Positions 49,472 to 63,062 of a stretch of 64,000 nt of DNA are shown piece after piece. The position numbers and the translations under genes are program-made. Source of the stretch: Spirogloea muscicola (taxonomy: Eukaryota); NCBI GenBank assembly GCA_009602725.1, contig WELB01000027.1:395459-459458 (forward strand). Reading direction: 5' to 3'. The notes under the pieces were generated by a model, which saw only the letters and a program-made list of their open reading frames with translations, had not been told where the DNA came from and did not search any database. Each line of letters opens with the position of its first letter. Position 1 is the stretch's first letter.

Positions 49472-51855
49472 ATGGCGGACGGCCGGCGGGCGGCGGCGCC
49501 GCGGCGGCCGCCGCAGATCGCGGCGCGGGACGCGGCGCGAAGCGCNNNNNNNNNNNNNNNNNNNNNNNNNNNNNNNNNNNNNNNNNNNNNNNNNNNNNNN
49601 NNNNNNNNNNNNNNNNNNNNNNNNNNNNNNNNNNNNNNNNNNNNNNNNNNNNNNNNNNNNNNNNNNNNNNNNNNNNNNNNNNNNNNNNNNNNNNNNNNNN
49701 NNNNNNNNNNNNNNNNNNNNNNNNNNNNNNNNNNNNNNNNNNNNNNNNNNNNNNNNNNNNNNNNNNNNNNNNNNNNNNNNNNNNNNNNNNNNNNNTCGCC
49801 GCCGGTACCGCCAGGCGCCGGCAACGAGCTGGGCCCGGCCGTGGACGCGTCGCCGCTTCTCGCGCAGGCGTACGGCCTCGCCCGCGCCCAGGAGTTCGGC
49901 GGCGGCGGCGGCGGCGCCGTGGCTGTCGAGGTGAAGTCCCGACGAGTTTCTGAGTTGGGTCCCTCGTGACGGGCGCTGCCGTTGACGGCGGTGCAGGTTC
50001 GTCGGCAGCGCAGCCGGCTGCGCCGCCAATCTGCCGTCATCGCCGGCTGACCACTGTGGGCTGGCTGCGACGGCGGGCCGCGCAGGCGCACTGGCTGCAA
50101 TTCACGCTGCAGCAGATCGACGCCAAGCTGTCGCGGCTGGAGGCGACGGTGCAGCACGTCGCGGAGCAGGCCGCCGCCGCCGCCTCCGCCGCCAATTTCG
50201 CCGTCGTCACCGCCAACGCTCTGCTCAACACCGTGGGCCTGCGCCTCAACCCCCAGAACGGCGGTCCTGCCACCCCGGCGGCGGTGGCCGGCGGAGCGGT
50301 GGGCCGGGATCACCACCACGACATGATGGGGGAGCACAATGCCGCCGGCCCGGGGCGGCAGTCGGACGCGCCCGGCGGCAGCGGCGGCAGCGTGCACGTG
50401 CTGCCGCACTTCCTCGGCCTGGCCCTGCAGAACCAGGGCGTGATGCCGACTGTGGCGGCCATGGGCGGCGGCGAGGCGGTGGTGCAGCCCCTGCTGGTGC
50501 ACGGCGGAGGCGGTCCGGAGACGGACGACACCGGCACCGGCAGTGGCGGCGACGACGACGGCGGCGGCGGCGGCCTCGAGGGCACTGCCACGACAGAGCC
50601 GCACGGAAGCTTCCGCCGGCCCCGCAAGCGCGGCAAGGTCCACCGCAAGTCCGAGGGCGATGGCCTCGCCGGCGGCGGCGACGTCAACAACGTGGTTGCC
50701 CAGTCGCTGCTCGACCACCACCAGCACCACCACCACGGCGATGGCGCAGGTGGCGGCGGCAGCGGCGACGGCGGCAACATCCCTCGGCATTTGGCCGACG
50801 GCGGCAACATCCCTCGGCATTTGACCATCGAACCCGCCCACGCTGCCAGTCCACAGCCTGTAGCCGCAGTTGGGAAGGCCCGTGGCACTCAGAGTTGGGT
50901 GTGGGGCGGCAAGCACTGGCCCGAGGGCATTGACAAGTTCCTCCTCAACCCTGACCCCCAGACCATTCACGGTATGTCACATCACAATTACACCTTCACT
51001 TGACACATGACATGAGTACATGCCTTCTGTGATCGCACCACTCTATCGCCACTGGGGTGTACTTACACCATAGCTTGCTGCTCGATGGGGTCCTCGTACT
51101 GCTCCAGGAACTTTGGCTCGCTGTGACGGACTTTCCCTGTCGCTGCAGAGGTGTGGAGCGAGTACATGCATTGCGGGCCAGACGGTAAGCCGCCGCTGGC
51201 AGCTATCCAGTACCGGTATGGCAAGCGGTGGGTGCCGATGCCCAACACCAAAGCTGGCAAGAACTGCCGCAAGCACCTGTGGTCTGCCAGGTTAGCTGGC
51301 ACCTCCCGTTCCCTTCAGCTAGCTGATCACTGCTGCGAGTAGTACTGGCACTGCTTGTCATGCTGAGAAAGTCGGCCATCATGCGTGCACGCCCTTCGCA
51401 GCAGCTTAGTCTGCTGGCCCTGATGCAACGCTCGCCGTCAGGCTACTTTGGCCCTGCTGCCTGACTTCAAAGATTGTATGCTGGGCCACTGTGCGAGCCT
51501 CTGTTGAGTAAGCGAAGGAGGGAGAGGGCGTGATATTATGGACTTGCAAACGGCGCTTTGTGAGCACCCGTATTCACATGGACGACCTGGACTGGTCCCT
51601 CCACCCTGCCGCAGGAATGAGTGGATCATTCTGGAGTTTTACGCAAAACTTGGGGAGCGGGCGCAGCAGGCCAACGTGCAGGCACGCGTGCTGCAGGAGA
51701 TGGAGGACAGGCGCAAGGAGTGCAAGAGCCTCGCCAAGTACCGCGACCAGGTGCGGGACGAGTTCAAGCTCAACCTCGAGCGGCGCCACAACGCGAAGCA
51801 GCGCATGATCCAGGCCCGGCAAGACCTCGGCATATCACTGCAGTATCACGCCTGA
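49472..51855 (+). CDS. Putative transcription factor with coiled coil, His/Gly-rich linker and C-terminal GCR1_C-like domain
   Basis: Exons join in frame: ..LQFTLQQIDAKLSRLEATVQHV..RRPRKRGK (NLS-like)..FLLNPDPQTIH|EVWSEYMHCGPDGKPPLAAIQYRYGKRW...RKHLWSAR|NEWIILEFYAK...VLQEMEDRRKECKSLAKYRD*. Canonical GT-AG junctions at ~50971/51149 and ~51291/51616. Confidence 0.7.
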
Positions 51856-52574
51856 CTCTCACTCGGACCTTCCTCCATGTCCCTCCCCTGCCTCCTCTGC
51901 TCGACAAGGCAGCATTAGGTGATGCCTGCCCACCTCATCCGCCACATAGCTGCCGGTGTTGACTGGCATGTCATCGTCATATCCCGGCGTGCTGAGCACC
52001 TCGCCCAAATTAAGGGCTCTGCTATCTGCCAGATGAGGCGCACCCTTGCCGCCACTCCAGATCAGCTGGCTTGAGTCTGGAAGTAGCAATAAGTATAAAC
52101 ATGAAAACGCTTCCCAGAGTGAGCCTCCCGAAACGACAGCGGCCTACATTGGTACTGCGCCATCAACCCCATCTGCTGTATTCAGAGGCGACCAAGCGCA
52201 AGACAACAACAGTCATCAGCGTGGTGAAGCAGTGCCGCGCTGCAGACCGACCACCTGAGCAGCTCCAGCTTCAGTAGGCAGCACGACTTTCTGATAGTGC
52301 GGGGGCACCAACAGGCTGCTGGGAGCCAGCTTGAAGGCAGTGAGTCGCTGGGGAGGGGCTGCCTACGTTGGCAACCTGACCAGGGCCTGCACAGCCAGAG
52401 TCCACAGCCGTCCTACTTGCTTGGTGGACAACTGGCAGCAATGCCTTCTTAAAGAACATCGTGAAATCCAAGACCAGCGACGTATCCTGCACAGACTTCA
52501 CTTCCGTGCAGGCAAAGTGGCGGCACGGCCTACCTTCTGCTCAGACAGGCACAATCATAAGGATGAGCGCTATA

Positions 52575-55500
52575 TCATCCAGCGAGGTTGATCGTGTAGG
52601 AGATGTATGGGTGGAGCTCAGCCTCGCCGCCCAACAAGCTAGCCATGCCCGCATCATCCGTGCCCTTCCAAAAAGAGCTGGACAGAGGCTATCCCAAGCT
52701 GGTGAAGACTATACTCACTAGCTTACGGTCGAGCATAAAGGAATAAGCATTTGTGTCAAAATATGAGCATTGCGGCCATCTACATCAACAAGTTGAGGCA
52801 CAGACTTCAAGCAGCAGTGGTGCTGACTGCAATGTCAACAGACGACCATAATCTCGACCAAGCTCACAATGTCAGACTAACAATATCATCCTTGCCATGC
52901 TTGTAAGTCAAAGCTGCAAGTACCTGCTCACACTGCTGCTGAGGTTGTCGAGGGCCTGCCGCAGCTTCTTCTCGCTCCTGGGATCTGGCGCCAGCACCGT
53001 GGACTGCCACAGCAGAATGCACATAGCTATAAGACTGGGTCCCATTGGGCCACATCAGAGCATATTCCATTTGGCCATGGATTCGCAACAAGGACGCAGG
53101 TAGTTGTCTACGATTTCTTAGCAGGTCTTAGCAGATTGCCTGTGGCACTGGCGCATTTGCCGCTTCTGGCGGAGCTCTACAGTGTCTGCCATGAAGAGGA
53201 CCATCTGTAAGGCTGTATGACTTACCAGATATTGGGGCGGAAGGCCATATCTCAAGATGCTCTCTGCAAACACTCGAATAGCAGCCATGTGCACCCAGGA
53301 AGAGAAGACCTGCGCGGCACAGCAACGTGCAGGTGGTAACAAGGACCGTTGGAGCAGAAGATACGGTACCAGCTCTTGCATAACAGAGCTTGCTCAATTC
53401 GGGATAGTTCCTGCAAGTCAGTAGCCATCCCGCACTGAAAGAGGGGAGTAGCGCTCGTCACAAGAATATCAATGCAAGAAGCTGTGAGCAAGGCAGGCCA
53501 CCCTTCTCACCTCGCCGTAGCTGGCATGGCACCACTGTATGAGTAAAGACCGCATGCTCTCCTGATCCTCCGTGAGCCGCTCCAGGTCCTCCTGCCGCTG
53601 CTTCTGTGAGGCTGGGTCATGCTCCGCCTCCCTGACCTGCAGACCGAGTGAAATCTTTGTTGCGGTCTTTTGCACAAGTTCGTCATTGCAGGAGCTTTTG
53701 CAACTCAGGCACGGGCAAAGTGGAGGCAGCATCTCAGCAGTGCCATGCCTGTGTGATACTTGAGGCAATGGCGGACATTTCGATAAGGACTAGAGGCACG
53801 CGGGCACACCTGAAAGCCTTGCTCGCGGCAGCTCGTCCGGAATGTGTCTGCCACTTTATGAAAGAGCGTCACGGTAAAGAGGCTGTATTCGTTGTCGTCA
53901 CATACCTTCTTCGAGGACCTGGGGACCTGGTAAACAGTGGTGCAGCTAGCTTATGGGCCGCTGATTGTACCAACAGATCGAAGCCCTTGGTCTGCTCTTG
54001 CTCAATACTGAGCTGGCAGTAAGGGCCAGCCCGTAAACTTGTGAAATCGTGGTACAACAGGGACTCAAACGCGTGACAAAACCTCGCCTCCACATACAAG
54101 CCGAGCGGGGTGACTGCTTACCACAAAGTTGGACAAGGTCTCATACTTGGCAAGCCACTCCTTCTCGCTGTACTTGGGCACAATGATCAGCAGTGTCGTC
54201 AGGTGCTCTGACTGGATGATGTCATTGGGGTCAACGACAGTTGAGAGGTCCCGCACCGCCATGCTGTTCCACAAGCCTGCGGGCGTCAGTCATCTTGAGC
54301 CCCAACTGCTGACATCAGAGATCACTTCCCGCTGCACCCAAAAGTCTGACTGGATGCACAATGTGCTTTCGTCGCTACCAGCTCTGATGAGGTCACAAGT
54401 TCCTCGTGCAGAGAAAGTACTCAGGAGGTAGAGTTCACAGACACAATTCAAAAGTAAACGTCCTGAGTAAGCAGCTATGCTTGGGCCACCTGAGGGCAGC
54501 GGGCTTGGTCTAGGCAGACTGGGTGTCACCTGCCGCCAGCCTTGCGGGTGATGGTGTTCAGCTGGGACCGTACTGTGTTGTACTCGGCAGCCCGAATCTG
54601 TGCACAAGCCCCAAAATGAGAAACGTCAAGCTCAGAGTAGAAAACCCCGTGCAAAACATCGTTCAGTATTGTGCCTCAGAGGCCTGAACCAGCGTCGGTC
54701 CCCACGTCAGGGGTCGGGCGAGTACTACCTTGAGGTCGTCCTCCAGCTTGGCGACGCTCTCGTGGATCGTCTCCACTGTCTCGCGCAGCGAGTTCATGAC
54801 AGGGTACTTGGCCTCATCCCACGCGAACCTGCGACAAGCTCTCTGGTGGCGGTTCAGTGCCTCTGCATTCTGGATGGGGAAGCAGTAACCCAGATGAGGT
54901 AGGATGCGGAAAGGCTAGATCGCAGCCAACGAGAGAGCTTGTGCGCAGTGAGTAAGAGAGGCTGGTCGAACAGCATCCTGCTCCAAGGTCACCTGGTGAG
55001 GTACGACTCGATGGGCACGCCGTCAACCGAAAGCGTGCCGGGCTCCACGCTGGCAGCCTTCTCCATGTCCTCGAGCTGACGCCGGATCTTGTGCACCACA
55101 GCCTCCACAAAGTTGTTGTTCTGCGAAGCAAACCCCCCGCCAGCAACATAAGCCTTCGCGGCGGCTGCACAGACGCGGGGGCGCAGGAGGGCCTTGGCAG
55201 TCCAGCGGAGGGCAGGCGCGGCGACGACGGAGGCTGGAGCTTGCAGCGCGCAGCACCTTGACGAGGTCGTCGCTGAGCGCGAGTAAGGAGTCCAGAGTGC
55301 CGATGCGCAGCTCGGGGATCTGGAACTGCCACAGGCACAGCCGGAGGCGTATCCGAGTCGCCGTCAGCGGCAGCTTCCCCTCTTGTGCAATCTCAGCCTG
55401 TGCTCGGCGACATTGCTAGCTCTGTCGGCCGGCCTTGGCATCGAGCGACAGGGAGACGCGGCCACACTCGGCGGACAGAGCAGACTCGAGCTGCAGACCG

Positions 55501-55764
55501 GCGACGGCTCTGCCAAGGGCCAGCTGACCAGTCCCCAACGGCACAGCGAACGAGCACACACGCGGGTTGCAGCAGCGCCAGCGAGAGGCGCGGCCGCAAT
55601 GGGCGGCGGCGGCAGCGGTGGCGGCAAAGGCGGCAGCGGCGGCGTGCCTTGAAGATCTGCGTCTCGAAGGAGAGCTTGGCGAGCTTGTCCTGCGCGGCGG
55701 CCCAGGTGGCTTCCCGGCCATCGCCCTGCAGCGGCAGCGAGACGAGCCAGTACACGCTCGGCAT
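52575..55764 (-). CDS. VHA-C: V-type proton ATPase subunit C (about 11 exons)
   Basis: YWLVSLP, FQIPELRIGTLDSLLALSDDLVK, FAWDEAKYP, SEHLTTLLIIVPK, VPRSSK...LFTVTLF, QWCHASYGE|VFSSWVHMAAIRVFAESILRYGLPP, HPYISYTINLAG*. Confidence 0.97.
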
Positions 55765-56723
55765 CTGCCAAGCGACGCAGCCGGGGGGGTGTGAGCGTCA
55801 GCCGTCAGCCAGCCGCCTCTCCGCCGCCGCCGCCGCCGCCGCCATGGGAGGCGCGCTCGCTCGGCGCGACTGCGGCGGGCAGAGGGCTCTCGGCGCGGGT
55901 CTGCGGACCTCGCCGGCGCCAAGCAGGGGCCGCGATCAACACAGCGCTGCCCTCAGCGCCTCAGCCGCCGCCGCTTCTGCCGCCGCCGCCGCCGCCGCCG
56001 CCGCCGCCTCCTCCACGCTGATCAGCGCAGGCACGACGCGGCGACGGCGGCGGCAACGACGGCAGCGGCGGCGGCGGGCGGCGGCATGGCCGCCGCTGCG
56101 CAGCGCGGCAGGGCCAGCTCCCGGGCGCCAAGTGATAATGGCCCGGCCTCGGCTCTTAAGTGAAAGCCATCTCGGGAGCCCGTCTCGCGCCCCGACGGCG
56201 AATGGTGGGGCGAGCGCCCCCTTCTGCCGTCTCGGACGGTGGGCGGGACGCCGGGCCGGTAACCGTCAATTACCGCCTTAATTGCTCCGTCGTTAAGCCG
56301 GCGGGCCTCAATGATGGGCGCTGACGGCAGGAAGGGGGGCCCGGCCTCCGACGACTAACTGGGCCCAAACGGGCCGGCTAACTGGGACTTGACGGCAGGG
56401 AGCAGCGGGGGGTTAAGGGGGTTAACTGATGCACCCTCCCCAGCCACCGGGGGGTTTAGGATTTAGCGGAACGGGGCGACCCAGGCTGCCTTGGAGCGGC
56501 ATATGTCCACACTTCTGATTTTTCCAGATTCAGGTGTCGGCAGTACATGCCTCCGAAGGCAGCCTGAAATGGGGTTTGTATTAAGCGACGGAAGGCCAAG
56601 TACAACGGCCAAGTACAACGGCAAGCACATTAATAGATATACATCACCTGCTGCTAAGCCTGAGGGAAAAAGTATTTACATATTTCTTGGCGGCCGCCGC
56701 CGCCGCGCCGCCGCCCCGTGGTC

Positions 56724-58452
56724 ATGGCGGCCNNNNNNNNNNNNNNNNNNNNNNNNNNNNNNNNNNNNNNNNNNNNNNNNNNNNNNNNNNNNNNNNNNNN
56801 NNNNNNNNNNNNNNNNNNNNNNNNNNNNNNNNNNNNNNNNNNNNNNNNNNNNNNNNNNNNNNNNNNNNNNNNNNNNNNNNNNNNNNNNNNNNNNNNNNNN
56901 NNNNNNNNNNNNNNNNNNNNNNNNNNNNNNNNNNNNNNNNNNNNNNNNNNNNNNNNNNNNNNNNNNNNNNNNNNNNNNNNNNNNNNNNNNNNNNNNNNNN
57001 NNNNNNNNNNNNNNNNNNNNNNNNNNNNNNNNNNNNNNNNNNNNNNNNNNNNNNNNNNNNNNNNNNNNNNNNNNNNNNNNNNNNNNNNNNNNNNNNNNNN
57101 NNNNNNNNNNNNNNNNNNNNNNNNNNNNNNNNNNNNNNNNNNNNNNNNNNNNNNNNNNNNNNNNNNNNNNNNNNNNNNNNNNNNNNNNNNNNNNNNNNNN
57201 NNNNNNNNNNNNNNNNNNNNNNNNNNNNNNNNNNNNNNNNNNNNNNNNNNNNNNNNNNNNNNNNNNNNNNNNNNNNNNNNNNNNNNNNNNNNNNNNNNNN
57301 NNNNNNNNNNNNNNNNNNNNNNNNNNNNNNNNNNNNNNNNNNNNNNNNNNNNNNNNNNNNNNNNNNNNNNNNNNNNNNNNNNNNNNNNNNNNNNNNNNNN
57401 NNNNNNNNNNNNNNNNNNNNNNNNNNNNNNNNNNNNNNNNNNNNNNNNNNNNNNNNNNNNNNNNNNNNNNNNNNNNNNNNNNNNNNNNNNNNNNNNNNNN
57501 NNNNNNNNNNNNNNNNNNNNNNNNAGGCCGCCGCGGGAGCCGTGCGGGACGAGGAGGCGAGGCGGCGGGCGGCGGGCTCGACGGCGCTCTCCGTCCTGCG
57601 CGCCGGCGAGGCGATCGGCGCCTGGTGGCGGTCGGCCGAGCCGTGGACCAAGTGGCCGGTCGCTGTCTTGTGAGCGCGACTTCCTGACCCGCCTGCCAAC
57701 CTCAGTGGCTGCCAGATGTCACTTGTATTGCCAGCTGTAAATTCTCATAACCATTTGCAGGAGCACTCTCAACCGCAGCAGCGTCCAGGTGTGCAGGCAA
57801 GGCTGCACACCTGACAGCCACTGCCGCTGAGTGATTGCTGGGCTCTGCGTCTGCTAGCGTGGCCTGCGAGAGGTTCTCGTTAGACGGCTACGCTCCTCTG
57901 AAGCAGTGTACTTACTTAGTTGCAGAGTCGATGGCGATGTGTCCCACTGACTCCATGACCCCGTCTTTGTCGTGCAGCGTCCCTTGGCTTTGCGCTGTTG
58001 TGCTGGTCTTCGGTCCTCACATGGCGCGCGACCTGATGCCGCTCTGGCTCCTGGGGCCTCTCCTGACCTCCGTCGCCATCCACCGCGGCATCACCGCCGC
58101 TTCCGCTGGCCAGCGCGTCCTGAGCGCGGCGTATCGGGCCGGCAACCAGGGCGCCCACCGGGCTGCGGGGCTCGTTGCGGACGTGCGGAGCGGGAGGCTC
58201 GCCGAGGCCGCGCAGGGCAAGCGTGCGGAGCTGGCGAGGAGAAAGGACGAGGTTGTGGGTCTGCTCGCAGCACGGCGCGAGGGCCTGGTGCACTCTGCTG
58301 AGAGTGGTGAGCTGGCAGATATCGCGCGTGCCGCAGCGGAGGCGCGCTTCCAGCGGCTGCTTGACTGGCTCCAAGACGTGTACGGCGACCTCGACGACTG
58401 GTGGCGGCCACGGCGGCGCAGCCTCACCCGCCTCCTTCAGAAGCTGTTTTGA
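56724..58452 (+). CDS. Plant-specific membrane protein, EMB1273-like (N-terminus in gap)
   Basis: KWPVAVL|VPWLCAVVLVFG....RDLMPLWLLGPLL and a terminal WLQDVYGDLDDWW..RRSLTRLL resemble, from memory, the EMB1273 family (KWP..FVP..KELTPLWV.GPL). Confidence 0.5.
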
Positions 58453-59017
58453 GCTTGGCCGCTTGAACGCCAAGTGCCACTATGCGCTTTGAATACAAGA
58501 GCATCACGTTCACCTGCAAGATTGTTGCACAGACTCAGCCAGTCGCCGTCCTGCAACTGCTTGAGCCACATTGGCACATGTTGCCCTGCATCTAAGAACA
58601 GCGACAGGCGCTTTTGACACAGAGCACCTGCTGCAAATTACAGCAGCAGGGGCTCAGCAGCTAGCAGAGCACCTTTTCCCCTCCATCGGCAGGGCCCTGG
58701 CGCTAGCGCCGGCAGGAAGCTGCCAGCCCTCTACTTGCAACCATTGTTGCAGACGCGACACAGTGAGCTACGACATTCTTTCATAGATGCTGTATGCAGG
58801 GGCAGCCTGTTAGTAACGACTTCCTATTCACCCATGATTCGCCTCTTTCTTTGTTGCCATCTTCTCCTGCCCTTCTCACATGCAGAGGTCGTTGCACTCC
58901 CGACAATGACATATTCAGACAGCAAGTTTTAGAGGAAAACTCTGAGCACTTGCTCACAATTTCAAGGAGCGGCAGACACAGTAGGTGAGAGACAATCTAT
59001 TGTGCTCCAAGCTGGCC

Positions 59018-62000
59018 TCACGATTGCATGTACTCTCGGACGTTCTGGGTCACCTGCTCCAGAAAAGCGACGAAGCCCGTGCCCCCCCCAGAGCTTGCCC
59101 CGTCCACATCCTGCTCCTCAATCAGAAAGCGCTCAAATGGTCTCGCATCGTCGTGTCCGCTGCGTATCATATGCAGCTTGGGTGTGACGCTGCGGTCCTG
59201 CTTCAGCTGATTGATCGTATTACGGAGCAGACCTGGGCAGGATCCACGAGCGAGCCAGCAGTAAGTAACAAGAAGTGCAAGCTTGGTGCAGACATTCTTG
59301 CTAGGAAGCTGAAACTGAGCACGGCTGTGTTATAGAAGCCCTCGTCGTTGTCAGACAAGAGAAGCTGCCTGTTATCAATTGTGGTGCAAGTTAGTGTGCA
59401 TCCGAGCATATGTAATCTCGACCTTGTGCACTTGCCTCCTGCATATTCAGAGGAGTGAAGCAGCACTTACTATCATGTGGTGGTGGGAAGGGCATGTCGG
59501 CCGTCGCTGATGGTGCATAGTAGACAATGAGCGTTGTGAAGGCATCGAGCAGGAAGATCGGACTGCCACTGGTAACAAGAGCGGCGCGGGAGAGGGAATG
59601 GCGAGGGAATGCCGGCTTGTCTGGGGATGCGAAGGACGAGAGCACAGGGTAGACTGCCCGTAGTAGGGACGCTGGGTCCAGGGCACTGCTCGGCAAAGAA
59701 GCAGGGCAGCATGGCCATGTCAACATCAAAATCATTGAGAACTTTTGCCCCTGGCCTTAGTTCATCATGATTTCTATTCCAAGGTTAGCATTGGGTATTA
59801 TAACATTCTCAGCACCAATGAATAACTCCTTCTGAAGCACATTCGGAATAATCACTGTGTCCATTGAAAGGGCTGAGCAAACGCGACGTTCACCTGTAGA
59901 GGCACTGGAGGTAAGTGCGGACGTCTGAGTGAACGCCCTCGGCACTCATCTGGAGGAGCGGGGAGCGGAGCAGCCCAAAGACGAGGCGGGGCATGGGCTG
60001 CAGCGGCGGGCACTGCAGGAAGGACGCATCCAGCAGCCCATATGAAGCTGCATTGCCGCTCTGCGCCAGCTGATAATGTTCATTGTAATTAGCAGTAAGG
60101 ATGACCAGCCAATCATTGAGCAGCAGTCGTCCCTCCTTCACGCCTTGCTCCAGCGACGCCTGGATGATCTGCAGGCATAAGGACACCAATCGAGGTCTGT
60201 CAGAGCTTACTAAGTCATGGCCCATGAGGACAAGCAATGTGCGCAAACGCATTTAAGGATTAATCAAAAAGCAAGCATAACGACCTGGCCCCCTATCTCA
60301 CAATGGCAGCTTGAGTTGTGGCCTTGCCTTGTGAGTGAGGAGCGAGAGGGTGGACTCCGGGTCGGCGGCCTCGAAGAGCTCGGCGGGGCTATTGGCAACG
60401 CCTACGCGCAGCGTGCGCAAACGCAGCCGCCGCCGCAGCACGTGCCGGATGCGCCTGCGGCGCGGTGTCACCGGGGAGCCACCAGCAGGCCTCCAGCGAC
60501 TTGCCTCCACGTTTGATTCACCACTGTCCTCATCATCCTCAGCTATCGGCAGCATCACTGTGTACTGAAAGGCTAGCTGCAGAATCGGCTGCACCAGCGG
60601 GATCCTGCGCACCACTGAGGTCTGGATAAGTAACAATGGCGAATAGAAAGGATACTGCTGGGCAATGACCTGCACATTAACATAAGCCATAAAGTCTAGC
60701 ACTTACTCCAGTAAGTCTTACCTCATCCAAATGTCACATGTTTATTTCTTAGGACCACATGTGGCCCTGGACTCTATGAGTACTGTGGGATTCAGTTTCA
60801 ATATTGACAGTGTCGCAAGCATGTTGCAGTCATGGCCTTTAGTACAAGGTTCATCTACTTGTCTACACTAGAAGTCCGGCACGATGGGTGCAGGATGCAA
60901 CAACAGCGACACTGCGTACTTCTCCCGGGGCTTGCCAAATTGTGCCGGCGTCCAGCGGCTGAAGCCATTGTTACTTGTGAACTCGAAATCGAAAGCAAAT
61001 GTGTCAAAGGGGTCGCAGGAGATGACATGCTGCACGCTCTCATACTGCGCGTCTTCAAAGAAGTGGCCATACGCCTTGGCCACACGAAACTCGGGCGTGG
61101 TGCGCAGGCGCAGAATGCCGCCGATGGCATGCGGTCGCGAGAGCAGGCGATAGCTGGCATCAGCAGACAGACGCCGCTGATTCAGGATGTCAGTGCAGCA
61201 ATAGCATTTCAGCGCACATGGATGCAATATAAATGAAATAGTCAAGCCATGACGCGATACATAATACAAAGTGTGACATGAAGTGAGTAAGGACACAGCA
61301 AGGCAAAGACTGAAGAGCTCAGAAGCGAGAGGGGCCGGTGGGCAATGGTGGTGAGGCACGGGCGGCGGCAGCGAGGCGGCGGTGCCAGTGAGGCGACGAC
61401 GGTGGCGACGGCTATGAGGAGGCCGAGGGATCGTGGCTCACAGGTCCTGTGGGAGCGTGGATTCCTCGGTGCTGCCATAGAGGAGGACGTGGCCGCCACT
61501 CTCGAGGCTCAGCGGCTTGAGCGCCGCCAGGCCCACGGGCTCGGTGCTCACGACGACGAGGTCAATGCAGACGCCGGCCTGGACCGACTGCGCGGCCAGG
61601 TCGGCATAGAAACCTGCTGGCACAGTGGCTGCCGCTGCCAGGGGCGAGTCATCGCCACCCTCCCCGTCATGTAGGCGGCCCGAGTCGCCATGGCTGCTGC
61701 GGCCGTCCAGCTGGCCCAGGCCGTAGTCGGGCGGCCCGGACAGGAAGGCGAAGATGCGCGCGCTCACGAACGTGCTGCCGCCGTCGGCGCCAAGGTACTT
61801 GAGCAGCGCCTCCATGGCCGCCCCGAAGCCCCGCCCGCCACTGCCGCCGGCCGTAGCCGTGCTGTGTGCCGCCGCCCTGTCGGTGCCGCCACCGCCTCCA
61901 GTCTGCCGCTCCCAAGAGCTCAGGGGCCGCAGCGTCTCCAGCGCGCCCGCGATGTGCTCCTTGTTGGCACCGACCGGCGCGAGCAGCGCCTCCAGCGGCA

Positions 62001-63029
62001 GCACGTCCTCGAGGTCGAGCGCGATGCCTGCGCCCGCAGCCTGCGGTGGGATGGCCACGCTCTTGACGACGGGCACGCCGCCGCCTTGGACATCGTACAG
62101 CCCGAGCTTGGGGCCGAACGTGGCGAGACCGAAGAGCGCCGATGGGCTGAGAGCCTCCAGCGTCGCCAGCAACGAGCTCTTGACGAGCTCCAGAAAGTCC
62201 TCCGTTGCTGGAAGCACGCCAACCGCCGGCGAGCAATGCAAGTGTCAGTCGTCGCAAGGAGGGTGGAGGGAGGAGTACTAAGTACTGTGGGCCTTACTTT
62301 GTACATAAGGCTTCAATTTCTCTTAAGTCTTGATTGATTCTTGATGATTTTGAGGCCTCTGAGAGGGTTGGGGCTAAGCGTTGAGGCCACAATATGGACT
62401 GGAGCAGCTGTGAGAGCTGCACCAGGGAGGCGGGAGGAGGGGCAGGGGGGCACGAGAGTACAGGAGAGGTCGATGGCGGCGATGTACACGGGCCGCGTGT
62501 AGATGTCGCCTCCGCTGGCGCCGCCGCCGCCGCCGGCGGCGTCGTCTGCCGCAACGTCCAGCTCAACGAGGCTGTTACGGAGCTCCTCGCAAGCGGCGAG
62601 GCGGTCGCGCGAGCCGTAGCGCTGGAGCTGCGCGTCGCTGAAGGTGTTGTCGGTGTCGCACAGGGAGCACCGCCACGCGAACCGCTCGATCTGCGGCAGC
62701 CGCCTGCCTTCAGTCTTCGAGAGTGCAGCGTGCGCGACGGCGGCGGCGGCGGCGGCGGCGTTGGCGGCGGCAGCTTGAATTTCAGGCTTGGGGTTTGGGG
62801 TTTAGGAAGCTTACGGTGCAGCAGCCGTTGATGTAGGCGAAGCACTCCTCGCAGCGCGCGACGAGGTCGGCGTCCGTGAGGCGCGCCGGCGCCGCCGCCG
62901 GCGACGGCGGCGGCGGCTCGATGGTGGCTGCGGCGGCAAAGGGCTGGACGACGCAGCCCCAGGGGAGGCCCACGGCGTCCTTGAGCGCGGCGTCGCACGG
63001 GAATAGCTTGCTGGTCAACCGCACCGCCA

Positions 63030-63030
<1 letters not shown>
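59018..63030 (-). CDS. SEC23/SEC24-family COPII protein, plant SEC23D-like
   Basis: LPWGCVVQPF, zinc finger ARCEECFAYIN..|..WRCSLC, trunk PVYIAAIDLS|..FLELVKSSLLATLEAL...FGLATF, FAFLSGPPDYGLGQL, LRLRTTPEF, LQLAFQYT, gelsolin-like IFLLDAFTTLIVYY, FLIEEQDVDG..GFVAFLE..*. Confidence 0.93.

Positions 63031-63062
<32 letters not shown>

Noticed and set aside
50765..50823. 30-bp in-frame tandem duplication (DGGNIPRHL x2)
   Set aside because: Real, but an ordinary slippage event in a disordered linker.
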